The notes beneath the pieces are model-generated. The model ran no database searches. It was not told the DNA's origin and saw only the letters and a program-made list of their open reading frames with translations. 33,687 nucleotides of DNA from Chitinophagales bacterium (GTDB taxonomy: Bacteria > Bacteroidota > Bacteroidia > Chitinophagales > UBA10324). Position 1 is the first letter of the stretch. Every line of letters starts with the position of its first letter. Where the stretch lies: contig JBDSEW010000171.1 of assembly GCA_039919825.1 (NCBI GenBank), positions 1 to 33,687 of the forward strand, written 5' to 3'. The position numbers and the translations under genes were made by a program. Shown piece by piece: positions 24,952-33,687 of this stretch.

Positions 24952-25653
24952 ATGTCTGCTATAAATTCTTCCACGTTCGCTGATAAAGCCATAAAAATTT
25001 TTTCTTCACTTGAATTAAATTCACCTGAAGTACCAGGTATAAAGGTGCTGAATCCTTATGAAAACCAGGAAACGCAAAAATGTGTAACCCGATTCTTTCA
25101 AAAATATTTCAACGATGAGCGCCAACGGATTTTTCTCTTCGGCATTAATCCGGGAAGATTAGGTGGGGGACTTACGGGAATCTCCTTTACCGATCCTGTT
25201 GCCTTGCGTAATTTTTGCGGGATTGAAAATGACCTTGGGAATAAACGTGAACTGTCGAGTGAGTTTATCTATAAAGTGATTGAGGCATTTGGAGGTGCTG
25301 AAAAATTTTACCGGCATTTTTTTATTAGTGCTGTTTGCCCGCTGGGCTTTGTGAAAGGAAAAATAAATTACAATTATTACGATGATAAGAAACTCTGTGA
25401 AGCAGTGAGCCCCTTTATCCGGAAAACCTGGAAACAACAAATTGATATGGGTGCTGATAGAAAAGCAGTGATCTGCATTGGGTCCGGCAAAAACAGGAAA
25501 ATGCTTGAAAAATTAAATGCAGCATATGGTTGCTTTGAAAGAATTATATCGCTCGAACATCCACGCTTTATCATGCAATACCGCAGAAAGAAATTGAGTG
25601 AATATATAGACCTGTATGTTAAAACGCTTGGTGATTTAATAGGTGATACCTGA
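24952..25653 (+). CDS. uracil-DNA glycosylase superfamily protein (DUF4918 / SMUG2-like)
   Basis: Motif 1 FGINPGRLGGGLTGISFTDP and motif 2 LEHPRFIMQY, plus EAFGGAEKFYRHFFISAVCPLGF. ATG 24952 lies 1 nt after the DUF4126 stop; the track ORF begins at a TTG at 24943. Confidence 0.75.
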   Translation: MSAINSSTFADKAIKIFSSLELNSPEVPGIKVLNPYENQETQKCVTRFFQKYFNDERQRIFLFGINPGRLGGGLTGISFTDPVALRNFCGIENDLGNKRELSSEFIYKVIEAFGGAEKFYRHFFISAVCPLGFVKGKINYNYYDDKKLCEAVSPFIRKTWKQQIDMGADRKAVICIGSGKNRKMLEKLNAAYGCFERIISLEHPRFIMQYRRKKLSEYIDLYVKTLGDLIGDT

Positions 25654-25804
25654 ATAAAGCAGAAAAAACGAACTGATTATACCTTCATTCCCTTTTTTAA
25701 GAACTTCACAAGTCCTGAAAAAAAATACACGGTCTTTTCAACAATAGCTGTTGCTGAAGGATACAACAGTTAAATACATACCTTCATGAAAATAATTGAT
25801 CACA

Positions 25805-27253
25805 ATGCATCCCTATTTGTATTCGCTGCTGTTTGTATTATATATTTTAACCACCGTATGGGTCGCCGTAAAAGCGATACTGGATACTAATAGCTCCACC
25901 AAAACATTAGCCTACCTGCTCATTATATTCTTTCTGCCATTTATCGGAATAATCATCTATTTCACCTTTGGTATGAATTACCGCAAGAATAAACTTTACA
26001 AAAATAAATTCCTGGAAAATCAGGCCCTCCTGAAACGAATGGGTGACTGGATAGTTTCTGAAACGAATGAAAACCAGGATACTCACGCCGCAACCATCGG
26101 CAGCAAGCAGGACCTTGTAACGCTATTATTGAAGGATGCATTTTCACCATTGAGCAACGATAATACAGTGGAGCTGCTGATTAATGGCGAAAAAAAATTT
26201 CCTGCTGTTCTGGAAGCTCTGGAGAAGGCGGAAAAATACATTCACCTTGAATATTATATTTACGATGATGACGAAATTGGGAATCGGATTAAAGACCTGC
26301 TCATCAAAAAAGCAAAAGCAGGAGTAATCGTGCGTTTAATGTATGATGACTATGGCAGTCACGGAATAAAAAAACATATTGTAAAAGAATTGCGTGATGG
26401 TGGCGTGAATGCCCTTCCTTTCTATGAAATAAAGTTCTTCTTCCTGGCCAACCGCTATAACTACCGCGATCACCGCAAAACAATTATCGTAGACGGAAAA
26501 GTAGGATTTATTGGAGGTATAAATATCTCGGACAAATACATCAACGACAAACCAAAACCCCTGTATTGGAGAGATACACACCTTAAAGTTTCCGGCGAAG
26601 CAGTTTATTCACTGCAGTACCTGTTTATGTCTAACTGGAATTTTTGCTGTGGCAAGGCTCTGGAATTGACAAAAGAATTATTTCCACCTGTCAAAGGTCA
26701 GAAAAAGCAATTGGTGCAAATCGTTGGCAGCGGACCTGACTCCGACCGGTCCAGCATTATGCTTTCCTTTTTTACTGCTATCGCTACAGCTCAAAAAGAA
26801 GTGTTTATTACAACACCCTATTTTATTCCCAATGAAAGTATTTTAGATGCCATTAAGAAAGCTGCACTAAGTGGAGTGGCAGTTCACCTGTTGGTGCCCG
26901 GCAGCTCCGACGTGGCATTTGTAAACTTCGCTTCGAGAGCCTATTACGGTGAACTATTGTCTGTAGGTGTACGAATTTTCCTATACCGCAAAGGATTTAT
27001 TCATGCCAAAACAATTGCTGTTGATGATAACCTTTCCATTGTAGGCACCGCTAATATGGATCTCCGCAGCTTCGATCTCAACTTTGAGGCCGTAGCGGTG
27101 ATCTATGATAAGTCAATCAACGAACAGTTAAAAGTTTCCTTTTACAACGATTTGAATGACAGCGAGGAAATAATTGCCAAAGACTGGTTGAAAAGGAGCA
27201 GATGGATTCAGCTGGTAGAAGCTAGTGCGAAGTTGATGTCGCCCATCCTGTAG
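25805..27253 (+). CDS. cls: cardiolipin synthase
   Basis: Two N-terminal TM helices and two HKD motifs (HRKTIIVDG and HAKTIAVDD); ~482 aa. ATG 25805 is preferred over TTG 25796. Confidence 0.9.
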   Translation: MHPYLYSLLFVLYILTTVWVAVKAILDTNSSTKTLAYLLIIFFLPFIGIIIYFTFGMNYRKNKLYKNKFLENQALLKRMGDWIVSETNENQDTHAATIGSKQDLVTLLLKDAFSPLSNDNTVELLINGEKKFPAVLEALEKAEKYIHLEYYIYDDDEIGNRIKDLLIKKAKAGVIVRLMYDDYGSHGIKKHIVKELRDGGVNALPFYEIKFFFLANRYNYRDHRKTIIVDGKVGFIGGINISDKYINDKPKPLYWRDTHLKVSGEAVYSLQYLFMSNWNFCCGKALELTKELFPPVKGQKKQLVQIVGSGPDSDRSSIMLSFFTAIATAQKEVFITTPYFIPNESILDAIKKAALSGVAVHLLVPGSSDVAFVNFASRAYYGELLSVGVRIFLYRKGFIHAKTIAVDDNLSIVGTANMDLRSFDLNFEAVAVIYDKSINEQLKVSFYNDLNDSEEIIAKDWLKRSRWIQLVEASAKLMSPIL

Positions 27254-27430
27254 CAGGTAGTTTCTATTTGCAATTTCTTCCTCACATTTACTTTCAGTTT
27301 ATGATTTGCAGGTTTATTGTTAAACGTGAGCCGAAGAGCATTCACTAAGGCCAGATAAAATTCATAACATAAAAAAAGTTATTGCTCTTTTTTTATTAGA
27401 ATCCATCTCAAAAGCCAAAAGAGCAGGATC

Positions 27431-27492
27431 ATTCCGAACTTGTTTCGGAATCTCCCGGAAATTTTTCAGATCCCGCCCAAAGGATCCTTCGG
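27431..27492. repeat. cluster of short REP-like palindromes
   Basis: ATTCCGAA-CTTGT-TTCGGAAT (27431-27451) and CCAAAGGATCCTTCGG (27477-27492, 14/16 palindromic). They lie in the 290-bp gap between convergent genes. Confidence 0.45.
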
Positions 27493-27543
27493 AAAATAAA
27501 TTCAGCATGACGCACTAATTTTAAGATAGCTTGTAGTATTCCC

Positions 27544-28701
27544 TCAAAAGAAATCCGGCTCATAAGAAGAATATTCCCTTACTGATTCGGGTACCCTTTC
27601 CGTTGCATAGGGAGCCAATAAATCTACAGCTTTACGATCATACAGTAGTCCAGGAAATAGAAACTCAGGATAATCATGCATTGGTAAACCAAATAAAATA
27701 CTTTCAGCTTCAGGCAATGATATCCCCCATTCATTTGCGATGCGAAAAGCAGAAGGTTCCATAAAAGATATGTAGAGCAATTCACTCTGCGTATGATCCT
27801 GTTTGTTGGCAAATACCAGGTCAGTTGATAGAGCATTCCTGATCGCCGTAAGCTCATCGTTAGAAAGTTTTACGCGGTCAACAAATTCTTTTACCGTAAG
27901 ATATCCGGGCACATCATCCATCTCATTGAGCAGGGTTTGTACGTTTGATTCATGACACCACATGCATTTCCCGGGCTTACCCGCTGCGCTGATCAGGGCA
28001 TCTGCTGAAGTTTCCAGCTTTCCCTGCAAATCATATATCGCAAACCGCAATTGTCCATTCGGCATCAGCTCAAGAGTTTCATAGGCCTCAACAGAAAAGG
28101 AACTGTCCGCTATTTTTCCTGTGCCTTCTGTAGCCGAATAAAATGCAATTGCTGATGGAGTGGTTGCTGCCGGCATATGTATCAGCCGGTCATCTGTTGC
28201 AACTGCAGAATTGGTAATGACAAATTGAAGAACGCTGTCGGATAGGTAGAATTCTTCAACTGAGCTGTATGTTTGATTCTTACCCGTAATTCGGTAGTAA
28301 TGATGAGAGCTGTAAACGGTGAGCATCAGCAATCTTCCAAGATCTATTCCTCCTTTGCGTTTATATTCTTCTGAATCTTTCAAACGGTCAAAAATTACCT
28401 GTAATGAAAGCAGTGCTTCCTGGTTGAATCCGAGTTTTGAAAAGTCACAGGTAAATACCTGGTCGTTTACCCAGTTGACAGAAGCATCAAATGAACCAGG
28501 CGGAAGTGAAGCACCCAGGAAACTGAACGACCACAATAGTCCTGTGCGCACATCGTCCCAGGATTCTTCTTCATAGGCAGGAATCCATCGGAGGTTAATC
28601 TTCCACGGCGTGTAAATAGCAGCCTTTTCCCTGGTACATCGTACGCCGGTTAATACAACTATCAATATAAATACACTTACTAAAATCTTTGAAACACGCA
28701 T
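27544..28701 (-). CDS. hypothetical secreted protein with a single CxxCH motif
   Basis: About 385 aa with a signal peptide (MRVSKILVSVFILIVVLTGVRC). AGKPGKCMWCHES contains a c-type heme-binding consensus. I recognise no family. The ORF is open to 28728. Confidence 0.5.
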   Translation of the reverse strand: MRVSKILVSVFILIVVLTGVRCTREKAAIYTPWKINLRWIPAYEEESWDDVRTGLLWSFSFLGASLPPGSFDASVNWVNDQVFTCDFSKLGFNQEALLSLQVIFDRLKDSEEYKRKGGIDLGRLLMLTVYSSHHYYRITGKNQTYSSVEEFYLSDSVLQFVITNSAVATDDRLIHMPAATTPSAIAFYSATEGTGKIADSSFSVEAYETLELMPNGQLRFAIYDLQGKLETSADALISAAGKPGKCMWCHESNVQTLLNEMDDVPGYLTVKEFVDRVKLSNDELTAIRNALSTDLVFANKQDHTQSELLYISFMEPSAFRIANEWGISLPEAESILFGLPMHDYPEFLFPGLLYDRKAVDLLAPYATERVPESVREYSSYEPDFF

Positions 28702-28809
28702 GGAGCCAAACTTACAAAAAGGAAGCACATGGTTCCATCAACGATTAAAGTTGGGAGCGCGACAAAGCATTTACCTTCTTATAAGCTTGCCAGATAGATA
28801 CCAACCAGG

Positions 28810-28891
28810 GAAGATCTTCTGAATGCAGATTCTTCACTCTGTTCAGAATGACAAAAACTAAAGACTAACGACTAAGGACTAAGGACTAACG
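28810..28891. repeat. palindromic element followed by five tandem heptads ACTAA(A/C/G)G (28857-28891)
   Basis: GAAGATCTTC (28810-28819); TTCTGAA...TTCAGAA (28817-28848); then ACTAAAG ACTAACG ACTAAGG ACTAAGG ACTAACG, ending 6 nt from the pyc stop codon. Confidence 0.65.
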
Positions 28892-28897
28892 ACTCTT

Positions 28898-31800
28898 TTA
28901 CCCTACTTCCATCACCAAATCATCTGCTTCCACCAAAGTTTTCTCACTTAAAATAATTTTTTTAATCGTTCCTTCTTTCGTTGCTGTCACCGAGGTTTCC
29001 ATCTTCATAGCTTCAATCACAAACAAAGGTTGATTTTTCTTTACCACTTCTCCTTCCTTCACAAACAATTTCGACAACATTCCCTGTAATGGCGCACCAA
29101 CCTGGTTTTCACCTGACGCTTTCTGATGTGATAACTTTTTTACCAGTGATTTCTTATCGAGCATTTCAACGGTGCGTGTCTGTCCGTTCAACCGAAAATA
29201 AACAGTCCGGTAACCGCTCTCATCGGCATCACCTACATAGAGCAAACGGATCATCAGTGTTTTTCCGCGACCAATCTCCACAAGTATTTCTTCATTGCTT
29301 TTCAAGCCGTAAAAAAAAGCAGGAGTGGGAATAGCGCTGACATCACCAAACTGCTGCACGTGCTTGTAATACTCTTCAAATACCTTCGGATAAAATTTAA
29401 AGGAAAGAAAATCAAGTTCTGTTTGTGAGGCATCAAATTGCTTTTGAAAATCAACAAACTCCTTTCCAAAATCAGTAGGTTTCAAATGTGCATTGGGCAG
29501 ATCAGTAAAAGGCACTTCATCTTTCAGAATAATTTTTTGCAGCTCTTTCGGGAAACCACCATGTGGCTGACCGATCTCTCCTTTAAAAAATCCTTTCACC
29601 GATTCAGGAAAGGAAAGAGACGCGCCTTTGATCATCACATCTTCTTTTGAAAGTTTATTGGAGATCATGAACATCGCCATGTCTCCTACCACTTTTGAAG
29701 AAGGTGTCACCTTCACAATATCACCGAATAATTCATTCACATCTTCATACGCTTTCTTGATGTCATCCATGCGATCGGCCAAACCCAAACCAATCGCCTG
29801 TGGTTTCAGGTTGGAATATTGGCCTCCGGGAATCTCATGATGATACACTTCGGCAGTTCCCGCCATCAGTCCGCTTTCAAAAGGATAATAGTAATCACGC
29901 ACATTCTCCCAGTAATTGGAAAAACGATTGAGCGAATCAATGTCCATTTTCAACTCACGCTCCTGTCCGCGCATCATTTCTGCAATGGAGTTGAAGTTAG
30001 GTTGAGAAGTCAGTCCTGATAAGGAACTCAATGCAACATCAATTACATCTACTCCTGCTTCAATCGCTTTCAGGTACGTTGCAGACTGAATTCCAGAAGT
30101 ATCATGGGTATGAAGATGTATGGGAATATTCACCACTTTTTTCAATTCGGAGATCAACTGTGTGGCAGAATAGGGCTTTAACAATCCTGTCATGTCTTTG
30201 ATGCCAAGAATGTGAGTACCCATGTCTTCCAGTTCGCGCGCAAGATCAAGGTAATATTGCAGTGAATACTTTTTACGGTTTGGATCTGCAATATCACCCG
30301 TATAACAGATGCACGCTTCGGCCAATCCGCCGGTCCTTTCACGAACAGCATTAATGCTCACCTTCATACTCTTTGTCCAGTTGAGCGAATCGAAGATCCT
30401 GAAAATGTCCACGCCGCTTTTCCAGGATGCTTCAATGAATTTTTCTACCAGGTTATCCGGATAAGCAGTATATCCAATGGCATTGTTACCACGAATCAGC
30501 ATCTGGAATAAAATATTCGGAATAGCTTCCCGCATCAGCTTCAATCGCTCCCACGGGTTTTCATGCAGGAAACGCAGCGCCACATCAAAGGTGGCACCAC
30601 CCCAAACTTCCATTGAAAACAACTCTGAATGATGATGCGCAAAACTTTCTGCCACCGCCATCATGTCACGCGTACGAACACGCGTTGCCAGCAATGATTG
30701 ATGTGCATCACGAAAAGTGGTATCGGTATATTGAATCTCCTTCACAGCTTTCAACCACCCACAAAATTTTTCCGGGCCCAGGTTAGTGAGTTGCTGCTTT
30801 GTTCCGGGTTTAATTTTTTCATAGTGATTGAAATCAGGCACCCTCGGTTTTTGAAAAACCTTGCTTTCGTCTACCTTCTGAACATCAGGATTTCCATTCA
30901 CTACCACGCTGGCCAAATACCGCAACACCTTAGTTCCACGATCCTTTTTTTGTGCTACGCGAACGAGATCAGGATATAATTCAATAAATTTTACGGTAGC
31001 CTTACCTTCCATGAAAACATGATGCGTGATTACTTTTTCCAGGAAAGGAATATTGGTTTTCACACCACGGATACGGTATTCTGTAAGTGTACGGTGCATT
31101 CGTGCTGCTGCACCACTCAGTGTTCTCCCATGCGCAGTGATCTTGGCCAGCATCGAATCAAAGTATGGTGAAACTCTGACTCCCTGGTAGGAACTGCCTT
31201 CATCAATACGGATACCATGGCCACCCGCATTGCGGTAAGCGATGATGGTTCCGTAATCCGGTTTAAAGTTATTGGCAGGATCTTCGGTGGTGATGCGGCA
31301 TTGAATAGCAAACCCATAGCAATGGATTGCATCCTGAGATGGAATATCAATTTCCTTTGAGTTCAGTCTTTTGCCATCCGCAATTAATATCTGGCTGCGA
31401 ACAATATCAATTCCAGTTACTTCTTCCGTAACAGTATGCTCTACCTGGATCCGCGGATTAACTTCAATGAAAAAGACATTCTCCTCTTTGTCCACCAGGA
31501 ATTCTGCGGTGCCCGCATTATTATACTTTACTTTTCGGGCTAATTCCAATGCATAGGCAAATAGTTTTTCACGTGTTGACTGTTGCAGAGAAGTGGAAGG
31601 CGCCACTTCCACCACCTTTTGAAACCGGCGTTGCACACTACAATCTCTTTCAAACAGATGGACAATATTTCCAAACTCATCACCAAGCAATTGCACCTCG
31701 ATATGTTTGGGATCTTCTACAAACTTCTCGATGAAGATGGTATCATCGCCAAAAGCATTACCTGCCTCACGGCGCGCTTCTCCAAATGCTTTTTCGAGTT

Positions 31801-32335
31801 CTTCTTCTTTATACAATACACGCATGCCTCTTCCGCCGCCGCCGGCACTTGCCTTCAATATCACGGGAAATCCAATCCGTTTTGCTTCTTTTAAGGCTAT
31901 GGTTGAATCAGTCAGCGGTTCCTTGTTATCTTCAATTACAGGCACACCACAGGAACGGGCTACATTTTTCGAAGCCAACTTATCACCTAATTGCTCCATC
32001 ACATCCGGTCGTGGGCCAATAAAAATAATTCCCTCTTCACCACACCTTCTTGCAAAACGCACATTCTCTGAAAGAAAGCCGTAACCGGGATGAATGGCAT
32101 CTACCTGGTTCAATTTAGCAATGCGGAGAATTTCTTCAATATCGAGGTAGGGTTTCAATGCTTCATCATCAGGCCCAATCTGGTAGGCCTCATCTGCTTT
32201 ATAACGGTGTAGAGAATAGCGGTCTTCATAGGTATATACAGCTACTGTTCGAATACCCAATTCTGAAGCCGCGCGAAGGGCACGAATTGCAATTTCACCA
32301 CGGTTGGCGACGAGTATTTTTTTGATTTTTTGCAT
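28898..32335 (-). CDS. pyc: pyruvate carboxylase
   Basis: 1145 aa. An N-terminal biotin carboxylase ATP-grasp domain (KILVANRGEIAIR...), a central carboxyltransferase TIM barrel (HTHDTSG) and a C-terminal biotinyl domain with EAMKME. Confidence 0.95.
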   Translation of the reverse strand: MQKIKKILVANRGEIAIRALRAASELGIRTVAVYTYEDRYSLHRYKADEAYQIGPDDEALKPYLDIEEILRIAKLNQVDAIHPGYGFLSENVRFARRCGEEGIIFIGPRPDVMEQLGDKLASKNVARSCGVPVIEDNKEPLTDSTIALKEAKRIGFPVILKASAGGGGRGMRVLYKEEELEKAFGEARREAGNAFGDDTIFIEKFVEDPKHIEVQLLGDEFGNIVHLFERDCSVQRRFQKVVEVAPSTSLQQSTREKLFAYALELARKVKYNNAGTAEFLVDKEENVFFIEVNPRIQVEHTVTEEVTGIDIVRSQILIADGKRLNSKEIDIPSQDAIHCYGFAIQCRITTEDPANNFKPDYGTIIAYRNAGGHGIRIDEGSSYQGVRVSPYFDSMLAKITAHGRTLSGAAARMHRTLTEYRIRGVKTNIPFLEKVITHHVFMEGKATVKFIELYPDLVRVAQKKDRGTKVLRYLASVVVNGNPDVQKVDESKVFQKPRVPDFNHYEKIKPGTKQQLTNLGPEKFCGWLKAVKEIQYTDTTFRDAHQSLLATRVRTRDMMAVAESFAHHHSELFSMEVWGGATFDVALRFLHENPWERLKLMREAIPNILFQMLIRGNNAIGYTAYPDNLVEKFIEASWKSGVDIFRIFDSLNWTKSMKVSINAVRERTGGLAEACICYTGDIADPNRKKYSLQYYLDLARELEDMGTHILGIKDMTGLLKPYSATQLISELKKVVNIPIHLHTHDTSGIQSATYLKAIEAGVDVIDVALSSLSGLTSQPNFNSIAEMMRGQERELKMDIDSLNRFSNYWENVRDYYYPFESGLMAGTAEVYHHEIPGGQYSNLKPQAIGLGLADRMDDIKKAYEDVNELFGDIVKVTPSSKVVGDMAMFMISNKLSKEDVMIKGASLSFPESVKGFFKGEIGQPHGGFPKELQKIILKDEVPFTDLPNAHLKPTDFGKEFVDFQKQFDASQTELDFLSFKFYPKVFEEYYKHVQQFGDVSAIPTPAFFYGLKSNEEILVEIGRGKTLMIRLLYVGDADESGYRTVYFRLNGQTRTVEMLDKKSLVKKLSHQKASGENQVGAPLQGMLSKLFVKEGEVVKKNQPLFVIEAMKMETSVTATKEGTIKKIILSEKTLVEADDLVMEVG

Positions 32336-32372
32336 GTAGGAGAAAATGGAAAGATTGAAAAAAAGACGTTTG

Positions 32373-32380
32373 CAAAGTTA
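32373..32380 (-). promoter_or_regulatory. candidate -7 promoter box TAACTTTG for pyc
   Basis: The minus strand reads TAACTTTG about 38 nt upstream of the pyc ATG (32335). Confidence 0.3.
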
Positions 32381-32479
32381 CACGCCGTCTGCTGATTCGG
32401 CAATGAATAGAATAATAAATTATGGGTCCTTTGTCTTACGATTTATAATTCACAGTCAATTGAATGCTTCTGAGCAACC

Positions 32480-33100
32480 CTATTTCAATTCCAGTTTTTT
32501 TACCTCAGCAACAGGACTAAACAGGTAGATTCTCTTTGTTCTCAATTCATAGCATTTAAAACGTTTACGAAGTTTTTCCCCTTTTCTGAAAACTCTTCCC
32601 TCATTCCATAAAAACAATCCATTTTCTTCCAGGTCTTCGAGGTGAAACACAGGCTGCTTATTGTATTTATCCAGGACCTTCATCAGCAAAGGGTCATCAC
32701 AATGCGTAGCAGATGGATTAATGAAATATTTTTTTAATGCTGTGCGCACTTCTTCCGGAAAAATTCTGCGTCCGGTAAACTGATCCATCAATAATCTGAA
32801 TTCAGTTTTCCATTCCTGTCCATGAGAAGAAACGGAATGCTTGTGCTTTTCCCAGGTAACAAGATGTGCTACTTCATGCACGAGGGTTATCAAAAATGCA
32901 TATTGGTTGAGATCGCCATTTACAGAGATGCGGTGACCTTTACCGGCACGTGGCCAACGGTAATCTCCGAGAATCGAACTTCTCTTGCGTGTGATAGTCA
33001 GCATGATTTTGTAATCAATTATCCATCCTGCTGCAATGTCTGTTGCCTCTTCCGGTAAAAATTTCAATAATTGTGTTGCGAGATTTTCTGCTGCCGTCAT
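32480..33100 (-). CDS. SprT-like zinc metallopeptidase domain protein
   Basis: 206 aa with an HEVAHLV (HExxH) motif in a SprT-like context (ITRKRSSILGDYRWP...ISVNGDLNQYAFLITLVHEVAHL). Confidence 0.7.
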   Translation of the reverse strand: MTAAENLATQLLKFLPEEATDIAAGWIIDYKIMLTITRKRSSILGDYRWPRAGKGHRISVNGDLNQYAFLITLVHEVAHLVTWEKHKHSVSSHGQEWKTEFRLLMDQFTGRRIFPEEVRTALKKYFINPSATHCDDPLLMKVLDKYNKQPVFHLEDLEENGLFLWNEGRVFRKGEKLRKRFKCYELRTKRIYLFSPVAEVKKLELK

Positions 33101-33247
33101 TTTGCTTTAGAGGAATGCGTAAATGTCGTAAAGGATAATTAAAAATTAATGGCAATTCCAAATATTCTCATTTCCCCATTCTTTAGAGAGGGATTAAGGG
33201 TGAGGAAGGAAAGTAAGTAGGAATCAATTTTTGGAACCTGCTTGAAA

Positions 33248-33643
33248 TTATTCCTTCTTTCCAGTCTTGATCTTTTGTGCCATCAGCAATTCACGGATTT
33301 CAAATACAGTAAACAATATATAAAAGACGAAAAAAGGAATGATGAATTTTGGATCTTTCGGCCTTGCAATCAGCACATAGGTGAGCACCAATACTACACT
33401 CAGCATCAGCTTTACCAGAACAATCCCATTTACGCTGGCCACGAAACCATAGCTGTTTTTTTCCAGTCCTTTAATGCCGATGTAAAGAGTAAGTGCTGTA
33501 ATGAGTGAAAAAAAAGCCAGCGATATCCAGGTGAAGTTTTGATAGGAAGCCATCGCCGGAATAAGGTATGTTGCCAGTGCCACGATAAATGCTATTGCTG
33601 CCGTATAAATAATAAGCCTTGAAAAAATAGTCCTGCTTATCAT
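33248..33643 (-). CDS. hypothetical small membrane protein (4 predicted TM helices)
   Basis: 131 aa, strongly hydrophobic. Its start overlaps the upstream gene's stop (ATGA at 33640-33643). Confidence 0.5.
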   Translation of the reverse strand: MISRTIFSRLIIYTAAIAFIVALATYLIPAMASYQNFTWISLAFFSLITALTLYIGIKGLEKNSYGFVASVNGIVLVKLMLSVVLVLTYVLIARPKDPKFIIPFFVFYILFTVFEIRELLMAQKIKTGKKE

Positions 33644-33687
33644 TTCTTGTTTCCCATCACCTCTTTATAAATCATATACAAAGCCAT
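33640..33687 (-). CDS. 3' end of an unidentified gene (continues beyond the window)
   Basis: The minus strand reads ...MALYMIYKEVMGNKK* with no upstream stop before the window edge. Confidence 0.3.
   Translation of the reverse strand: MALYMIYKEVMGNKK

Noticed and set aside
33170-33215. G-rich stretch CCCATTCTTTAGAGAGGGATTAAGGGTGAGGAAGG as another palindromic repeat
   Set aside because: I could not draw a convincing stem or find a second copy in the window.

Overview
The window looks like a Bacteroidota chromosomal segment. Supporting signs are a T9SS C-terminal sorting domain, a TonB-dependent receptor with an N-terminal carboxypeptidase-regulatory-like domain, lipoprotein signal peptides, TAnnTTTG-type -7 promoter boxes and no Shine-Dalgarno sites. 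All calls rest on motif recognition by eye; no searches were run.

The core is housekeeping and lipid metabolism:
- The 3' end of an acyl-CoA synthetase gene.
- A MarR-controlled beta-oxidation cluster: 3-hydroxyacyl-CoA dehydrogenase/enoyl-CoA hydratase, thiolase, a DinB/YfiT-like protein and acyl-CoA dehydrogenase.
- RhlE-type DEAD-box helicase, cardiolipin synthase and pyruvate carboxylase.
- Envelope genes: LpxR-like deacylase, GT39/ArnT-like transferase, a TonB-dependent receptor and beta-barrel proteins.

I recognised no rRNA, tRNA, CRISPR array, transposase or classical multi-gene defence system.

What stands out is small-scale genome dynamics:
1. A 276-bp MITE-like insertion with perfect 12-bp terminal inverted repeats and an 8-bp target-site duplication (2354-2645).
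2. A four-helix-bundle (23S rRNA IVS-type) gene inside the fad operon, bracketed by inverted arrays of ACNNNAG heptads. A related solo heptad array lies 3' of pyc.
3. A high density of decayed genes: an OxyR-type LysR regulator, the HigB toxin (HigA and the operator remain intact), an M43/T9SS metalloprotease remnant and probably a small lipoprotein.
4. Several uncharacterised modules: an outer-membrane barrel with a vanadium-haloperoxidase-like lipoprotein, DUF4126 with a SMUG2-like UDG, and a secreted CxxCH protein.

I cannot point to a convincing novel multi-gene system. The IVS-like cassette with its heptad arrays and the barrel/haloperoxidase pair are the best candidates.
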